A stretch of DNA of 64,000 nucleotides, from IMG/VR virus record IMGVR_UViG_3300028992_000036; one strand, given 5' to 3'. The DNA is from a virus (lineage: Duplodnaviria > Heunggongvirae > Uroviricota > Caudoviricetes). The translations under genes were made by a program, and so were the position numbers. Every line of letters begins with the position of its first letter. Position 1 is the first letter of the stretch. Below the pieces are notes generated by a model that ran no database searches, had not been told where the DNA came from, and was given only the letters and a program-made list of their open reading frames with translations. Positions 1-9,361 of this stretch are shown here, piece by piece.

Positions 1-76
1 GTTACCACCAAACGAATCGGAAAATCGATACTGGAAAAAACTCTAACTCGGTGGCCAGTTTTTGTTGACCACTTCA
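1..76 (+). mobile_element. IS3-family (IS911-like) insertion sequence, right end only; element continues beyond window start
   Basis: nt 1-76 is ~93% identical, in inverted orientation, to 55777-55852 (terminal TGAAGTG... plus transposase OrfB C-terminus ...[10 protein letters not shown]). Family name is from memory of IS911/IS3-group transposase motifs, not a search. Confidence 0.6.
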
Positions 77-820
77 ATCTCCGATCTCGCCAAGCAGGAA
101 AATGTTGCCACGAAGGCCAGAGAACATACCTCCTTCGTTACTTTTACCGCTATGGCCAGAAGCGCCGCTACGCCGCCCGCTACCACCATCGCCACTTCCA
201 GATGTACGAACGCGTACCGGCTTGCTAATCAGTTGCTGACGTCCGATAACTTCGTCCATCTGCTCACGAACCTTTTTCAGTCCCTCGGCAGCCTGACTCG
301 TTGTGACACCCCAATTACTGAGTCGCTTCGTCGTGGTATTAAGGCGCGTATTCATGCCACTCACGGACGCAGAGGCTTCTTTGACCTCCGTACCAAAGCG
401 GCTTGCGCTTTTGCTTGCATAGGTCGCCCAATCAGAGAAATCATTTAGCTCTGATTGCACTTTACGTAATGACGCGGTGAGTTTATCTACTGAAGAAGTT
501 GTCGTATCGACGCGCTCAATCAGGGCTTTAAGACCAGAATTGAGGCCGGTGATGTTGCCACGCATTTTACGCGTAGCATCTGAAGCAAGCTCAAAACCGG
601 CAGCTACATCCTGTAGTTTATCTGCTGTAGAATCGAGCTTGCTTTCCAGAACGCCAATGATACGGGCGACCGAACCCAAAGAGCGTTCAAAGGTTTGGAT
701 TTTTTGAGCAGGCTTTGTTACCTGCTCACCAAATCGAGTAAGCAGTTTCCCCGCACGATCGATTGACGCTGTAAACTGTTTGTCTTCCAGCGACAGGATA
801 AACTCTACGTTTTGTGACAT
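74..820 (-). pseudogene. tail tape measure protein, N-terminal ~250 aa only, truncated by the IS end
   Basis: Coiled-coil, Gly/Ser-rich sequence typical of tape-measure N-termini; position after the chaperone pair; stop codon TGA (74-76) is the IS terminal TGA. ATG at 820 with upstream GAGGA; track start 841 is TTG. Confidence 0.55.
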
Positions 821-827
821 TCCCTTG

Positions 828-1214
828 TCATCCTCTGCCAAATATTTGCATCAGTTGCTCTTTGGCGTCAGGGTCTGCCTTATCCTGGCTTGGATCGTAG
901 ACTTTATCTGTTACGACTGGTCTTCCAATCCTGAGTTGCAAACCCTCCATGAACGCCTTCACAGCCTCGCCATCCGCCTGGGACGCACGAGCGACTTGTA
1001 AGTTGCGGACATCCTCTTCCGCACGCAGACGGTCTATATTGCGACTGAGCATCCAGAACATCGTGAGAGGAACGTTCAGTAGCTCTAATGGCGACACGGC
1101 GTAGTGAGCAACTACACGACTGAAATAGAATCCGAGATCTATTGAGACGGTCCTTGTCCCGGATTCATCGCGGGAAATTACTTTGCCCCTTCGCCAGCCG
1201 CTTTTTCGTTTTCT
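828..1214 (-). CDS. tail assembly chaperone -1 frame extension (T-like part of a G/GT pair), putative
   Basis: The -1 frame relative to 1178..1495 is open from 1214 to 828 and overlaps the last ~12 codons of the upstream chaperone; no canonical slippery heptamer seen. Confidence 0.3.
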   Translation of the reverse strand, partial: RKRKSGWRRGKVISRDESGTRTVSIDLGFYFSRVVAHYAVSPLELLNVPLTMFWMLSRNIDRLRAEEDVRNLQVARASQADGEAVKAFMEGLQLRIGRPVVTDKVYDPSQDKADPDAKEQLMQIFGRG

Positions 1215-1495
1215 TCATCAATCACTTCCATAGCGAAGGTGAAGATCTGCTGGAGTTGCGGAACAGTCAGTTTTTCAAGAACTTCATCAGGCACTGAAGG
1301 GATAACCTTACGAACCAGATCTGCATAAGCTGTCACTTGCTCAACAGGAGACATGTTCATGAGATCTTTGCCTTCCATCTGCTTGATGGAAACGAACAAA
1401 CCTACCGTCATTTCAACGATGGGATATTCCTGACCGCCAAATTTGATGCTTTTCTTCGGAGGCAGAATGGAATCGAGATCGAGTAATTTGGTCAT
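1178..1495 (-). CDS. tail assembly chaperone (G-like), acidic C-terminus
   Basis: 105 aa; lies between major tail protein and tape measure; AAGGA RBS 10 nt upstream of ATG 1495. Confidence 0.5.
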   Translation of the reverse strand: MTKLLDLDSILPPKKSIKFGGQEYPIVEMTVGLFVSIKQMEGKDLMNMSPVEQVTAYADLVRKVIPSVPDEVLEKLTVPQLQQIFTFAMEVIDEENEKAAGEGAK

Positions 1496-1550
1496 TGGTT
1501 TAAATCCTTTTAAAAGAGAGGCTCATCCTGAGCCTCTGCTTAGTTACTGA

Positions 1551-2297
1551 TTAATCTGCGGAGTTAATCGTTACTGACTTAGTAGCCTTCTTAGAACCGC
1601 TATTGCTGGTGAAGGAGATGTTTGCAGTACCCTGCGCCACACCGCGCACAAGACCCGTTTGATCTACCGTGGCCTTTTCCTGGTCTTCGGATTCCCAAAC
1701 ACCGGTTTTGTCTGCGGCATCAGCTGGAGTGATTTCGGCTGTCAGTTGCACAGTTTCTCCAGCTTTTACGGTTGGAGATTCCGGTTTGATCGACACGGTT
1801 TTTACCGGTTTAGGGCCGCTCATTCTTCCCAGAACGCCTTCGTCATCAGGGTACGCACTGAACTGAACAGAGAACACACGAACATCATCAGACTGGTAAG
1901 TCATGGTGAAGTTACCTGCGGTCGCAGCTTTCGGGATGGTCAGAACGTAGTCGGTAGTGTCCTGCGGAGTCAGAACCAGCTCTTTGGCTACGTCGATCAG
2001 GTTGACACCCTGTGCGGAAGTGATGGTCACAGCGTTGTCGTCTTCGTTCAGAGTAGACCCCGGCATCAGATCGACCATATTTTTCAACACAGACTCGGCC
2101 AGCGGCGCAGTAATGGTAATGTTACGACCCTGCACCAGCTCGGACATAATTGTCTGCCCGTGCTGGTCGACAGTGACTTTCAGCGTTTCAGTGGCTACTT
2201 CAACCTGAACACCACCTTTGGTGTAACCCAAATCCACACCACCAAACGACACCTTACAGGCACCAAGTTTGATGTTTTTTACATGGGTATTAGACAT
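1551..2297 (-). CDS. major tail protein with C-terminal Ig-like (Big_2-type) domain
   Basis: C-terminal ...VTATDQ..ATVDQTGLV..GTA.I-type Ig repeat; position upstream of chaperones; ATG 2297 with AAGGAG RBS (track start 2333 is further upstream). Confidence 0.6.
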   Translation of the reverse strand: MSNTHVKNIKLGACKVSFGGVDLGYTKGGVQVEVATETLKVTVDQHGQTIMSELVQGRNITITAPLAESVLKNMVDLMPGSTLNEDDNAVTITSAQGVNLIDVAKELVLTPQDTTDYVLTIPKAATAGNFTMTYQSDDVRVFSVQFSAYPDDEGVLGRMSGPKPVKTVSIKPESPTVKAGETVQLTAEITPADAADKTGVWESEDQEKATVDQTGLVRGVAQGTANISFTSNSGSKKATKSVTINSAD

Positions 2298-2371
2298 TGA
2301 TGGAAAACTCCTTTTTCCGTTAATTCTACGCATTCATTGCGCTAATAGTAAGTATATACTTACCGATTAAC

Positions 2372-2755
2372 TTAATTCAATAAATAGCCAGCAAATTCAA
2401 CAGGAATGCCTGCTTCTATTAATGCTCCATCATTTTTGGGATAAATGATTGGCATCGCAATCGGTCGTACCAGTCGAAAATAAACACCACCAGATTCCGT
2501 TTCCTCTACTGGAAACATCTCAATGATTTTATTGGCTTTCTCAACCGTCGTAGTAATTGACGAACCACGCACAATGATTGTGAATGATTCGTGATAAAAG
2601 CCCTGTAGCTCATGATCGATGCTGATACCGGTATTTGGGTTAATAAGCAGGACGCCAGATTTCACATTGGCAGGCAAGTAGTGACAGAAAATGTCAGTCC
2701 CGACCGTGCCAATCTTTGCCTTCTGCATCAAACTTGCAAACGCTTCAATAAACAC
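2372..2755 (-). CDS. neck/tail-completion protein, hypothetical
   Basis: ORF in head-tail joining block; GTG 2755 preceded by GAGAGG and adjacent to the upstream stop. Confidence 0.4.
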   Translation of the reverse strand: MFIEAFASLMQKAKIGTVGTDIFCHYLPANVKSGVLLINPNTGISIDHELQGFYHESFTIIVRGSSITTTVEKANKIIEMFPVEETESGGVYFRLVRPIAMPIIYPKNDGALIEAGIPVEFAGYLLN

Positions 2756-2756
2756 A

Positions 2757-3230
2757 TTAACCTCTCGTAAATCCGGCTTTTCTGGCAGCCTCAAGAATCG
2801 CTTCTGAGAACTGCTTCTCGCTAATTTCCACCGCTCTTTCCAGAAAGTGTGGCCCAACACGGGGTTTAACACCGGCAATTGGTGGGTTTGTCACGTTCTT
2901 CATTCGAGAAAGATAACCGAGTCGGTATTTACCCAGCTCCATGTACTTAGCATAGTCACCTACTTCTACGCCCGGATGCCCCTGACGTGGTTTTGCTCCA
3001 GACACAGAAAGCTCAATACGCAGCCCTGAATAACCTTCTTTAATCACCCTGGCAAAGATGGCTGTCTCCAGAGATCCGGTTTCCAGCGGGGCCATTGCAC
3101 GGCTGAGGCGCTCAACCAAACGCGCCAGCTTTTCCATGTCCCGAATAAGATATCGCTTAAATGCTTTCTGGCTGTTGTTGAGTCTATTCCCCGCACGTTT
3201 GAACTGATGCGCATCGTATTTCAGACCCAT
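2757..3230 (-). CDS. head-tail joining protein, hypothetical
   Basis: 157-aa ORF; ATG 3230 with AGGGG RBS; overlaps upstream stop by 10 nt. Confidence 0.45.
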   Translation of the reverse strand: MGLKYDAHQFKRAGNRLNNSQKAFKRYLIRDMEKLARLVERLSRAMAPLETGSLETAIFARVIKEGYSGLRIELSVSGAKPRQGHPGVEVGDYAKYMELGKYRLGYLSRMKNVTNPPIAGVKPRVGPHFLERAVEISEKQFSEAILEAARKAGFTRG

Positions 3231-3565
3231 ATATTCGCCCCTACTTCAAGATGCCCAGGTCTTCCTCGTAGCCCCCAGCGGCGATGAACACTGGACACCT
3301 TTAATTTTTGACCTTCAAGGATCAGTACATCATCAAGTTGTACAGCCGCTTCTAAAGGGACAACTAACACAGCATCAAACAGCTCCAGACTCGCCTTACC
3401 ACGACTACCAGAGCTATCAGCACGAACTGACGATTTCTCATTACTCTGTTCGAACTTAACCACGCCGACATTCGTCTTCCTGACGAATTGTAATTGCGCC
3501 TCACCGTAAACGTTCTTTGCGCCAAAGCGGTAGATCGCAATTTCTGTTTGCCATGAAATATTCAT
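3221..3565 (-). CDS. head-tail joining protein, hypothetical
   Basis: ATG 3565 preceded by GGGAGAG RBS; track start 3661 is over-extended. Confidence 0.4.
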   Translation of the reverse strand: MNISWQTEIAIYRFGAKNVYGEAQLQFVRKTNVGVVKFEQSNEKSSVRADSSGSRGKASLELFDAVLVVPLEAAVQLDDVLILEGQKLKVSSVHRRWGLRGRPGHLEVGANIWV

Positions 3566-3644
3566 GCTCTCTCCCTGTTGTTGTCGGTCGCTCTCATTAC
3601 TGGCCAAAAAACCTTTCGACCAAAAGTAAATAATGCGACTGGCG

Positions 3645-4478
3645 TTACGCACGGCGAACAATCATACGGTTGTTGATGTAACTGACCAGCAAGCGCCAGG
3701 TACTACGAGCCACATGCACGTTTGCAGCTTTACCGGTACGGTACATGTTGGTTGTTTCACCGATGGACTCTGACAAAATGCCATCCTCTCGTGCTGCGGC
3801 TACATCATTGCCATTTGCGATCTCACACGCTTCGTTGACAACGGCAAGCATCAACGCTTCTTTGAAGTAGTCAGGGAACTCTTCAAACTTCTCCTGCGTC
3901 ATCTTTTCCCAATCGACTAAATCATGCCGGTACGCTCCATCTGCTTCCCACGGAATGTCATACACATTCAGCATATTTTGAGGGCGATCGTATCGGTCAA
4001 AGTCGATACGTAGAATTTTGCGGATTGAGAACGGTAAAGTTTTAATTCGTCTGGTAGCCTCAATGAGACGCTTGCGCATTAAGCCTTCACCATCCGACAG
4101 CAAAGTGTCCCCATTCAGCATATCGATCGCCTGCATTTGAGCATCAGCGACAGTTGCAAACGACTGTTCTGGTATCGACAGTTCAAAACTATTCAGCAGA
4201 ACATACATTTGCCGCTCTTCATGCGTCAGACCCGATGCAACAGCCTTCACAATGACGTACCGCAGATCTCGCTCTTTCTCAGAGAGCTGGTTATATTCAG
4301 CCGACACGACAACCGGAATCGACATTTGACCGCTGGTAATTTCTAGCGGCTCGCCATCAACGAGAATAGCCCCGGTGCTGTCCTTTACTGTGTAGGTGGC
4401 AGATTCGATATCCAGCACGTTGAAGGCAAATGAAAGAGAAACAGCTTCACCGCTACGATACGAGTCGATCTGCGCCAT
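3645..4478 (-). CDS. head-tail connector/adaptor-region protein, hypothetical
   Basis: 277-aa ORF; start overlaps upstream stop (TAATG), indicating translational coupling. Confidence 0.45.
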   Translation of the reverse strand: MAQIDSYRSGEAVSLSFAFNVLDIESATYTVKDSTGAILVDGEPLEITSGQMSIPVVVSAEYNQLSEKERDLRYVIVKAVASGLTHEERQMYVLLNSFELSIPEQSFATVADAQMQAIDMLNGDTLLSDGEGLMRKRLIEATRRIKTLPFSIRKILRIDFDRYDRPQNMLNVYDIPWEADGAYRHDLVDWEKMTQEKFEEFPDYFKEALMLAVVNEACEIANGNDVAAAREDGILSESIGETTNMYRTGKAANVHVARSTWRLLVSYINNRMIVRRA

Positions 4479-4912
4479 TACTCACCGCCTTGTGCTTTCA
4501 GGATGCCGTCAATCATTTCGACAATTCCTTTCGCTTTGACACCAACCTGATTACCAATAACTCGTAGACCGGCAATACCTTCGTTGTCTGCAATTGACTC
4601 CAGCTCTTCTCGTGTGAAAGTCTGGATCTGTTTGGCCGGTTCATCTGGTGTCCCACGTTTCATTGGCACAATGTCAGGCGCTGCTGGCTCGGTAATCAGG
4701 TCTGCTGTCAATTCACCACGATCACTGTATGCGGCAGACGGAGAAACATTTTTGCCCTCTACTGTTGACGCTCGCATTGAAGCACAAATCCTCTGCTGAT
4801 CGATAAAAGGCAACTCCGCTACGGATACCCCGTTCTCGAACTGAACGCCACACAGCATTCCCGAATAACCGGAAAATTGCGGTTCTAATAAAACAATTTT
4901 TGCTGGTTTCAT
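4478..4912 (-). CDS. head-associated protein, hypothetical
   Basis: 144-aa ORF; GGAGAG RBS 10 nt upstream of ATG 4912. Confidence 0.45.
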   Translation of the reverse strand: MKPAKIVLLEPQFSGYSGMLCGVQFENGVSVAELPFIDQQRICASMRASTVEGKNVSPSAAYSDRGELTADLITEPAAPDIVPMKRGTPDEPAKQIQTFTREELESIADNEGIAGLRVIGNQVGVKAKGIVEMIDGILKAQGGE

Positions 4913-4956
4913 AACGCTTTCTCTCCACTTGGGCGGCGAAAGCCGCCCAATATCGG

Positions 4957-5877
4957 TTATTCCTGTGCGGCAGTAACTTCTACAGTTGCTGTCGCTTTGT
5001 GGCTACCATCTTGGGTAGTAACCTCGATTGTGGCAGTACCAGCCGCAACACCAGTTACAACACCGGTTTCGCTGTCAACCGTTGCAAACTCGGTATTTTT
5101 GGATTCCCAAGTAACGGTTTTATTTGTGGCTCCTGCCGGCTCGACATTTGCTGTCAGCTGAACAGTTTTGTTTGCCTCAACGGTTGTGCTATTTGGGTCG
5201 ATTTCGACGCCGGTAACAGCCACAACAGGCGCAGTTACTTCCACCGTTGCAGTTGCCTTTTTGCTGCCATCTTGGGAAACGATCTCAATCGTCGCAGTGC
5301 CAACTTCTACACCAGTAACGTTCCCGCTCTGGTCTACCGTTGCCTTATCTTCATTTTTGGAAGACCAGGTAACAGCCTTATTCGTCGCATTTGACGGCTG
5401 AACATTCGCTTTCAGACTGACTGATTTCCCTTTCTCAACAGACGTTGATTCTGGCGTTACCGTTACGGATTGAACGGCTACCGGATTTACGGTGACTTCC
5501 ACTGAAGCGGAAAGCTGGGTTTCCTGATCAGTTGCAGTAATTTTTACTTTGCCTGGTGCTACGCCAGTTACTAATCCAGTGCCGTTAACGGTTGCAATTT
5601 GGTCATTGGCTGACTTCCAGGTGAATGAACTGGCACTCTTACCCATACTAATACCTGCACTAAGTTGAACAGTTTTCCCAACCAAAACTGACGGTGAAGC
5701 CGGGGTTATGTTTACGGATTGGGAGAGGGGAACCGCCTGCAAACAAGCAGATAGCTGACTTTGTTGCCGCTCGGTTAAAGGTTCATCGGAGATAGAATTG
5801 GTAAATCCGGCACGGCACATATGCCCCGTAAAATCCGAAAATGCCTCTTCCGTAATCTTCATCTTTTGTTCTGGCAT
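4957..5877 (-). CDS. head decoration protein with three tandem Ig-like (Big_2-type) domains
   Basis: Three repeats of ...ATV(D/N)..G.VTGV..G.A.I... ; immediately downstream of major capsid gene; AGGAG RBS. Confidence 0.55.
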   Translation of the reverse strand: MPEQKMKITEEAFSDFTGHMCRAGFTNSISDEPLTERQQSQLSACLQAVPLSQSVNITPASPSVLVGKTVQLSAGISMGKSASSFTWKSANDQIATVNGTGLVTGVAPGKVKITATDQETQLSASVEVTVNPVAVQSVTVTPESTSVEKGKSVSLKANVQPSNATNKAVTWSSKNEDKATVDQSGNVTGVEVGTATIEIVSQDGSKKATATVEVTAPVVAVTGVEIDPNSTTVEANKTVQLTANVEPAGATNKTVTWESKNTEFATVDSETGVVTGVAAGTATIEVTTQDGSHKATATVEVTAAQE

Positions 5878-5889
5878 TTCTCGCTCCTA

Positions 5890-5917
5890 CAAAAAGGGTG
5901 GGCGTATAGCCCACCCT
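5890..5917 (-). terminator. intrinsic terminator/attenuator between capsid and decoration genes
   Basis: GGGTGGGC-gtata-GCCCACCC hairpin followed by a T-run on the minus strand. Confidence 0.5.
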
Positions 5918-5950
5918 TTAACATAGATAACTACTTATCTACTACACTGA

Positions 5951-6826
5951 TTAAATTTTTACATTGGTCAGTGCAGCGATAGCCTTATCGTGCTTATTCG
6001 CCAGAGAGCAGTACCACTTCACACGGGTACGTACTGCGTCTTTGTTCTGTACAGTACCAATGTTTTCAACAACGATACCTGCGTTATCGCCGCCATACAG
6101 ACCAGTAACGCCGTTCTCTTCTGACAGATGCAAGCAGTAGATGCTTGCTTTGCCAGAATCAGTCGGGATGAAGTCGTTGATGATGAACGGAACGCCGTTA
6201 TGACACAGCATCGGACGACCGAAGTTCTCCATCATGATTTCAGACGGACCTACGTTTACTGTACGCAGCAGCGCACGGTAAGCACGAAGGTGCTCTGAAC
6301 GCATCATGATGCAGTCAGCACCAAGATCTTTCACCGCATCGACCAGTTCGTCGAACATAGAGAAAGTCATAGATGCACCGGCGATATCGATCTTCTGATC
6401 TGCGTGCATCAGGCGTGGAATGCCGTCAAACGCTTTGTTGTTGGTGCTGGAGTCACCCAAAATCAGATTGCGACGGAACGCACGAGCCAGACCTTTAACT
6501 TTCTGACGAACCTGAATAGCCAACTGGTTATTGGTGTCGGCCATAGTGGTTGCCAGGAATTTATCAACGTCTACGTCACCAGCCAGAATACGCAGTTTCG
6601 CAACGCATTCTTCGAAGGTTGCTGCACCTTCCGGGATGGTGTCGTTAACGTCGATGAAGGTAGCCTCACTCAGCGTTTTTTCACGGTTGTACAGATATGC
6701 CTTTGAAGTAATTTTCATAAAAGGCAGGATGGCAAACAGGTCATCGCGATCGATGATGGTTTCAATCACGCCCTGTTCAAGTTCGTTGTTAGACAGCTTT
6801 TCAGCTTCTTCACGCAGTAATGGCAT
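5951..6826 (-). CDS. major capsid protein
   Basis: 291 aa, placed scaffold -> capsid -> decoration; followed by an attenuator; AAGGG RBS. Confidence 0.6.
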   Translation of the reverse strand: MPLLREEAEKLSNNELEQGVIETIIDRDDLFAILPFMKITSKAYLYNREKTLSEATFIDVNDTIPEGAATFEECVAKLRILAGDVDVDKFLATTMADTNNQLAIQVRQKVKGLARAFRRNLILGDSSTNNKAFDGIPRLMHADQKIDIAGASMTFSMFDELVDAVKDLGADCIMMRSEHLRAYRALLRTVNVGPSEIMMENFGRPMLCHNGVPFIINDFIPTDSGKASIYCLHLSEENGVTGLYGGDNAGIVVENIGTVQNKDAVRTRVKWYCSLANKHDKAIAALTNVKI

Positions 6827-6851
6827 CTATCAATTCCCTTTGATTTAGATG

Positions 6852-7739
6852 TTACTTAAGTCCAATTTTCCCCAGACCGGAGGCCAACTTATCCATAGTC
6901 GACTTGTTCTTCGGTTGGGATATTGTGTAGGTCGATTTGGAATGTGAGCCTACACCCTGCTTGGCTTCGCTACGCATCAATGCGTCAGCTTCCGGATCTG
7001 CCCGCACAATGCGTTCAATCGCGGATTCAAACGGCAACGGCTTACCTTCACCGTCAACCAGAACAGCTCGTTCTTTATGACCTGCCGGTTTGTCATAACC
7101 CACTACGCTACCGTCTTCACCCACTTCAAAATGAGAACCGTAGATCACGCGGGCTTTTGCCGGAGTCATCAGAACTTTGTCACGTAGGAAGAGAGAGTTA
7201 CTGAAGGAAGCGCCCACGGTCATCTCGACTAATTGAGATTTCAGTGATGCGTTTTCACTTTCCAGTGCTGCATAACGTTCGTCACGCTGTGCCAGCTCTG
7301 CCTGGTGTGCTTCGATCATCTGTTTTTTAACAGCATCGAACTCACCACGACGCTCCAGTTCAGCTTGCTCCGCCTCACGACGTGCGTTTTCTGCGGCCTG
7401 TTCAGCTTCTAAAAGCTGGCGAGCACGCGCCGGGTCGATTTCACCGTACTGAGCAAGCTGATCGGCCAATGTGCGCTCTTTCTCTTTGCGCTTCATGTTC
7501 TCTTTCAGCAGTTCAGCACCAGCTTTCTTGATTTTGCGAAGTTCGGCCAGTAACTCTTCATGAGTCATGCCAGCGTATTCGTCATCACCCTTCGGCTGCT
7601 CTTTTTGTTCACCCTGCTTGTCAGGATCTTGTGTACTCTGCTCATTATCAGCAGCTACACCGCCAGCGCCCCCACGCTCATGCGCTTCAGCAACATCCAT
7701 CAGACCACGACGGGCCAAAAGCATTTGCCACAGTTTCAT
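6852..7739 (-). CDS. scaffolding protein (charged coiled-coil)
   Basis: Highly charged E/K/A/Q-rich helical sequence between portal and capsid; same AAAGGGAATT RBS context as the capsid gene. Confidence 0.55.
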   Translation of the reverse strand: MKLWQMLLARRGLMDVAEAHERGGAGGVAADNEQSTQDPDKQGEQKEQPKGDDEYAGMTHEELLAELRKIKKAGAELLKENMKRKEKERTLADQLAQYGEIDPARARQLLEAEQAAENARREAEQAELERRGEFDAVKKQMIEAHQAELAQRDERYAALESENASLKSQLVEMTVGASFSNSLFLRDKVLMTPAKARVIYGSHFEVGEDGSVVGYDKPAGHKERAVLVDGEGKPLPFESAIERIVRADPEADALMRSEAKQGVGSHSKSTYTISQPKNKSTMDKLASGLGKIGLK

Positions 7740-7760
7740 AAAAATTCCCTTTGTTACTTA

Positions 7761-9335
7761 TCACTCGTTCTCTTGAGTAGATGAGTCCCCATTCCCTCGG
7801 GGTTGATCTTGCCCGCTTTCTTGGGCTGCACCACGATCATAAGTAAGTACTGACTTATTTTCAAGGGTATTTAGATCATTTTTTGGCGGAAAATTCAAGA
7901 GATCTTTATCAAATTCCTTTTTCATCGCCTCAGTAATGTTCGGGAAAATCTTCTCAATAAGCATTTCCATCTGGTGACGACGTACAGAGTCCGGTGCCTG
8001 AAGTAATGACAGTTTCTCGGCAACAGAAAATTCATCTGTAAGGCCACGAATATCGAAACTTTCTGGATACGCAATTAAAGAGTGGTCTTCGTCCAGATCT
8101 ACCCCCATCCATTTCGCAACCAGTAGCATGATTTGGCGTTCAGCCCTTTCCAGACGCTCTGCTTTTGTGACAAGCAAGCTATTTACACGCTGGAAGTCAT
8201 ACATTTTTGCGGCACCAGATGAGTTATCAATTCCCTGTGCGTTGTCCTGCTTCGTTCGCTCACCAGCGACACCAACTGAATGGTAGATTTCGTTAATCAC
8301 CGTCTTAATCGTAGTGATGATCATCTGAGCTTGTTTCGGGTCTGGTGACAAATAAAACGGCTGGTTTCCACCTTCAGAATCGTAGGTGAAGACTCGCTTT
8401 GTGCCCATTTCAAGCACTTTAGTGTGGTTTTCATCACCAGGTAAAAGCGACTGTACCGGTATAGCCAACTGGCTAAATGTCTGATCCTGAATAATGGCAT
8501 CAAGGTTTGACAGATAGTTTGCAACCGCACGATCAAGATAAGCGATATCATCGATCAACGATGGGCTGAAATACGGTGATTCACTTTCTCCAATACAATC
8601 AACAGGAAACACAGGAACTACGCTGAGATTATGCTCACCGCTATCCTCTAAAATAACTTTTGCCTGACGGCGACCTGCTCCACCAGCGCCCTTCTTCACT
8701 TCCTCACGGAACAGATACCACTCGTTTTGTGTCCACAGACGATAACGTTGGTATTCCTGACCTGTAGAAGTAAAAGGATCTGCGTCATCACGAGCGACTT
8801 CCACAATTAACGCCCACAACATATTCCCGTCGTCGTCCCATGCCACATCCAGCATTTGCTGAGGTGAAATCCAGTAGGCGTAGGCGCGAGCATCTTTCTT
8901 TTTCTCGTCAGCTACTGACTCAACATCACCACTCATCGTGCTATCGACAACAACCCATATGCGACCGTAAATAGACGACTGCAAATCAATAGCGGCCATA
9001 AATGAGTCAATAGAGGCATTCTGGCGAGTCGCACGTTTCCAGAAATTGCGGATCTGCTCTGGTGCCTCTTCGATATTTCTATGAATGTCTTCTTTAAAGA
9101 GATATTTGTTGATGAGGTTTACCACCTCACGAGTGTGGTTGAAGCGATAAGCACGCTCAACTCGCTCCTTAAACTCCTGATCTCCCTCTTTAAAGTAACG
9201 AAAGATATTGTCTGTAAACCAACCACGCCCGCCAGCGTAAGTGCTGGCGAGGAAGTCCCAATGTTCTTTTTTCTTTTCGTATTCCGGGTGGCGTCGCGCC
9301 ACCAGATCCTTAATTTGTTTGTCGTTCAATTCCAT
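7761..9335 (-). CDS. portal protein
   Basis: 524 aa, immediately downstream of terminase large subunit, upstream of scaffold. Confidence 0.6.
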   Translation of the reverse strand: MELNDKQIKDLVARRHPEYEKKKEHWDFLASTYAGGRGWFTDNIFRYFKEGDQEFKERVERAYRFNHTREVVNLINKYLFKEDIHRNIEEAPEQIRNFWKRATRQNASIDSFMAAIDLQSSIYGRIWVVVDSTMSGDVESVADEKKKDARAYAYWISPQQMLDVAWDDDGNMLWALIVEVARDDADPFTSTGQEYQRYRLWTQNEWYLFREEVKKGAGGAGRRQAKVILEDSGEHNLSVVPVFPVDCIGESESPYFSPSLIDDIAYLDRAVANYLSNLDAIIQDQTFSQLAIPVQSLLPGDENHTKVLEMGTKRVFTYDSEGGNQPFYLSPDPKQAQMIITTIKTVINEIYHSVGVAGERTKQDNAQGIDNSSGAAKMYDFQRVNSLLVTKAERLERAERQIMLLVAKWMGVDLDEDHSLIAYPESFDIRGLTDEFSVAEKLSLLQAPDSVRRHQMEMLIEKIFPNITEAMKKEFDKDLLNFPPKNDLNTLENKSVLTYDRGAAQESGQDQPRGNGDSSTQENE

Positions 9336-9361
9336 TTGAATAACCTTAGATAATTACCTAC

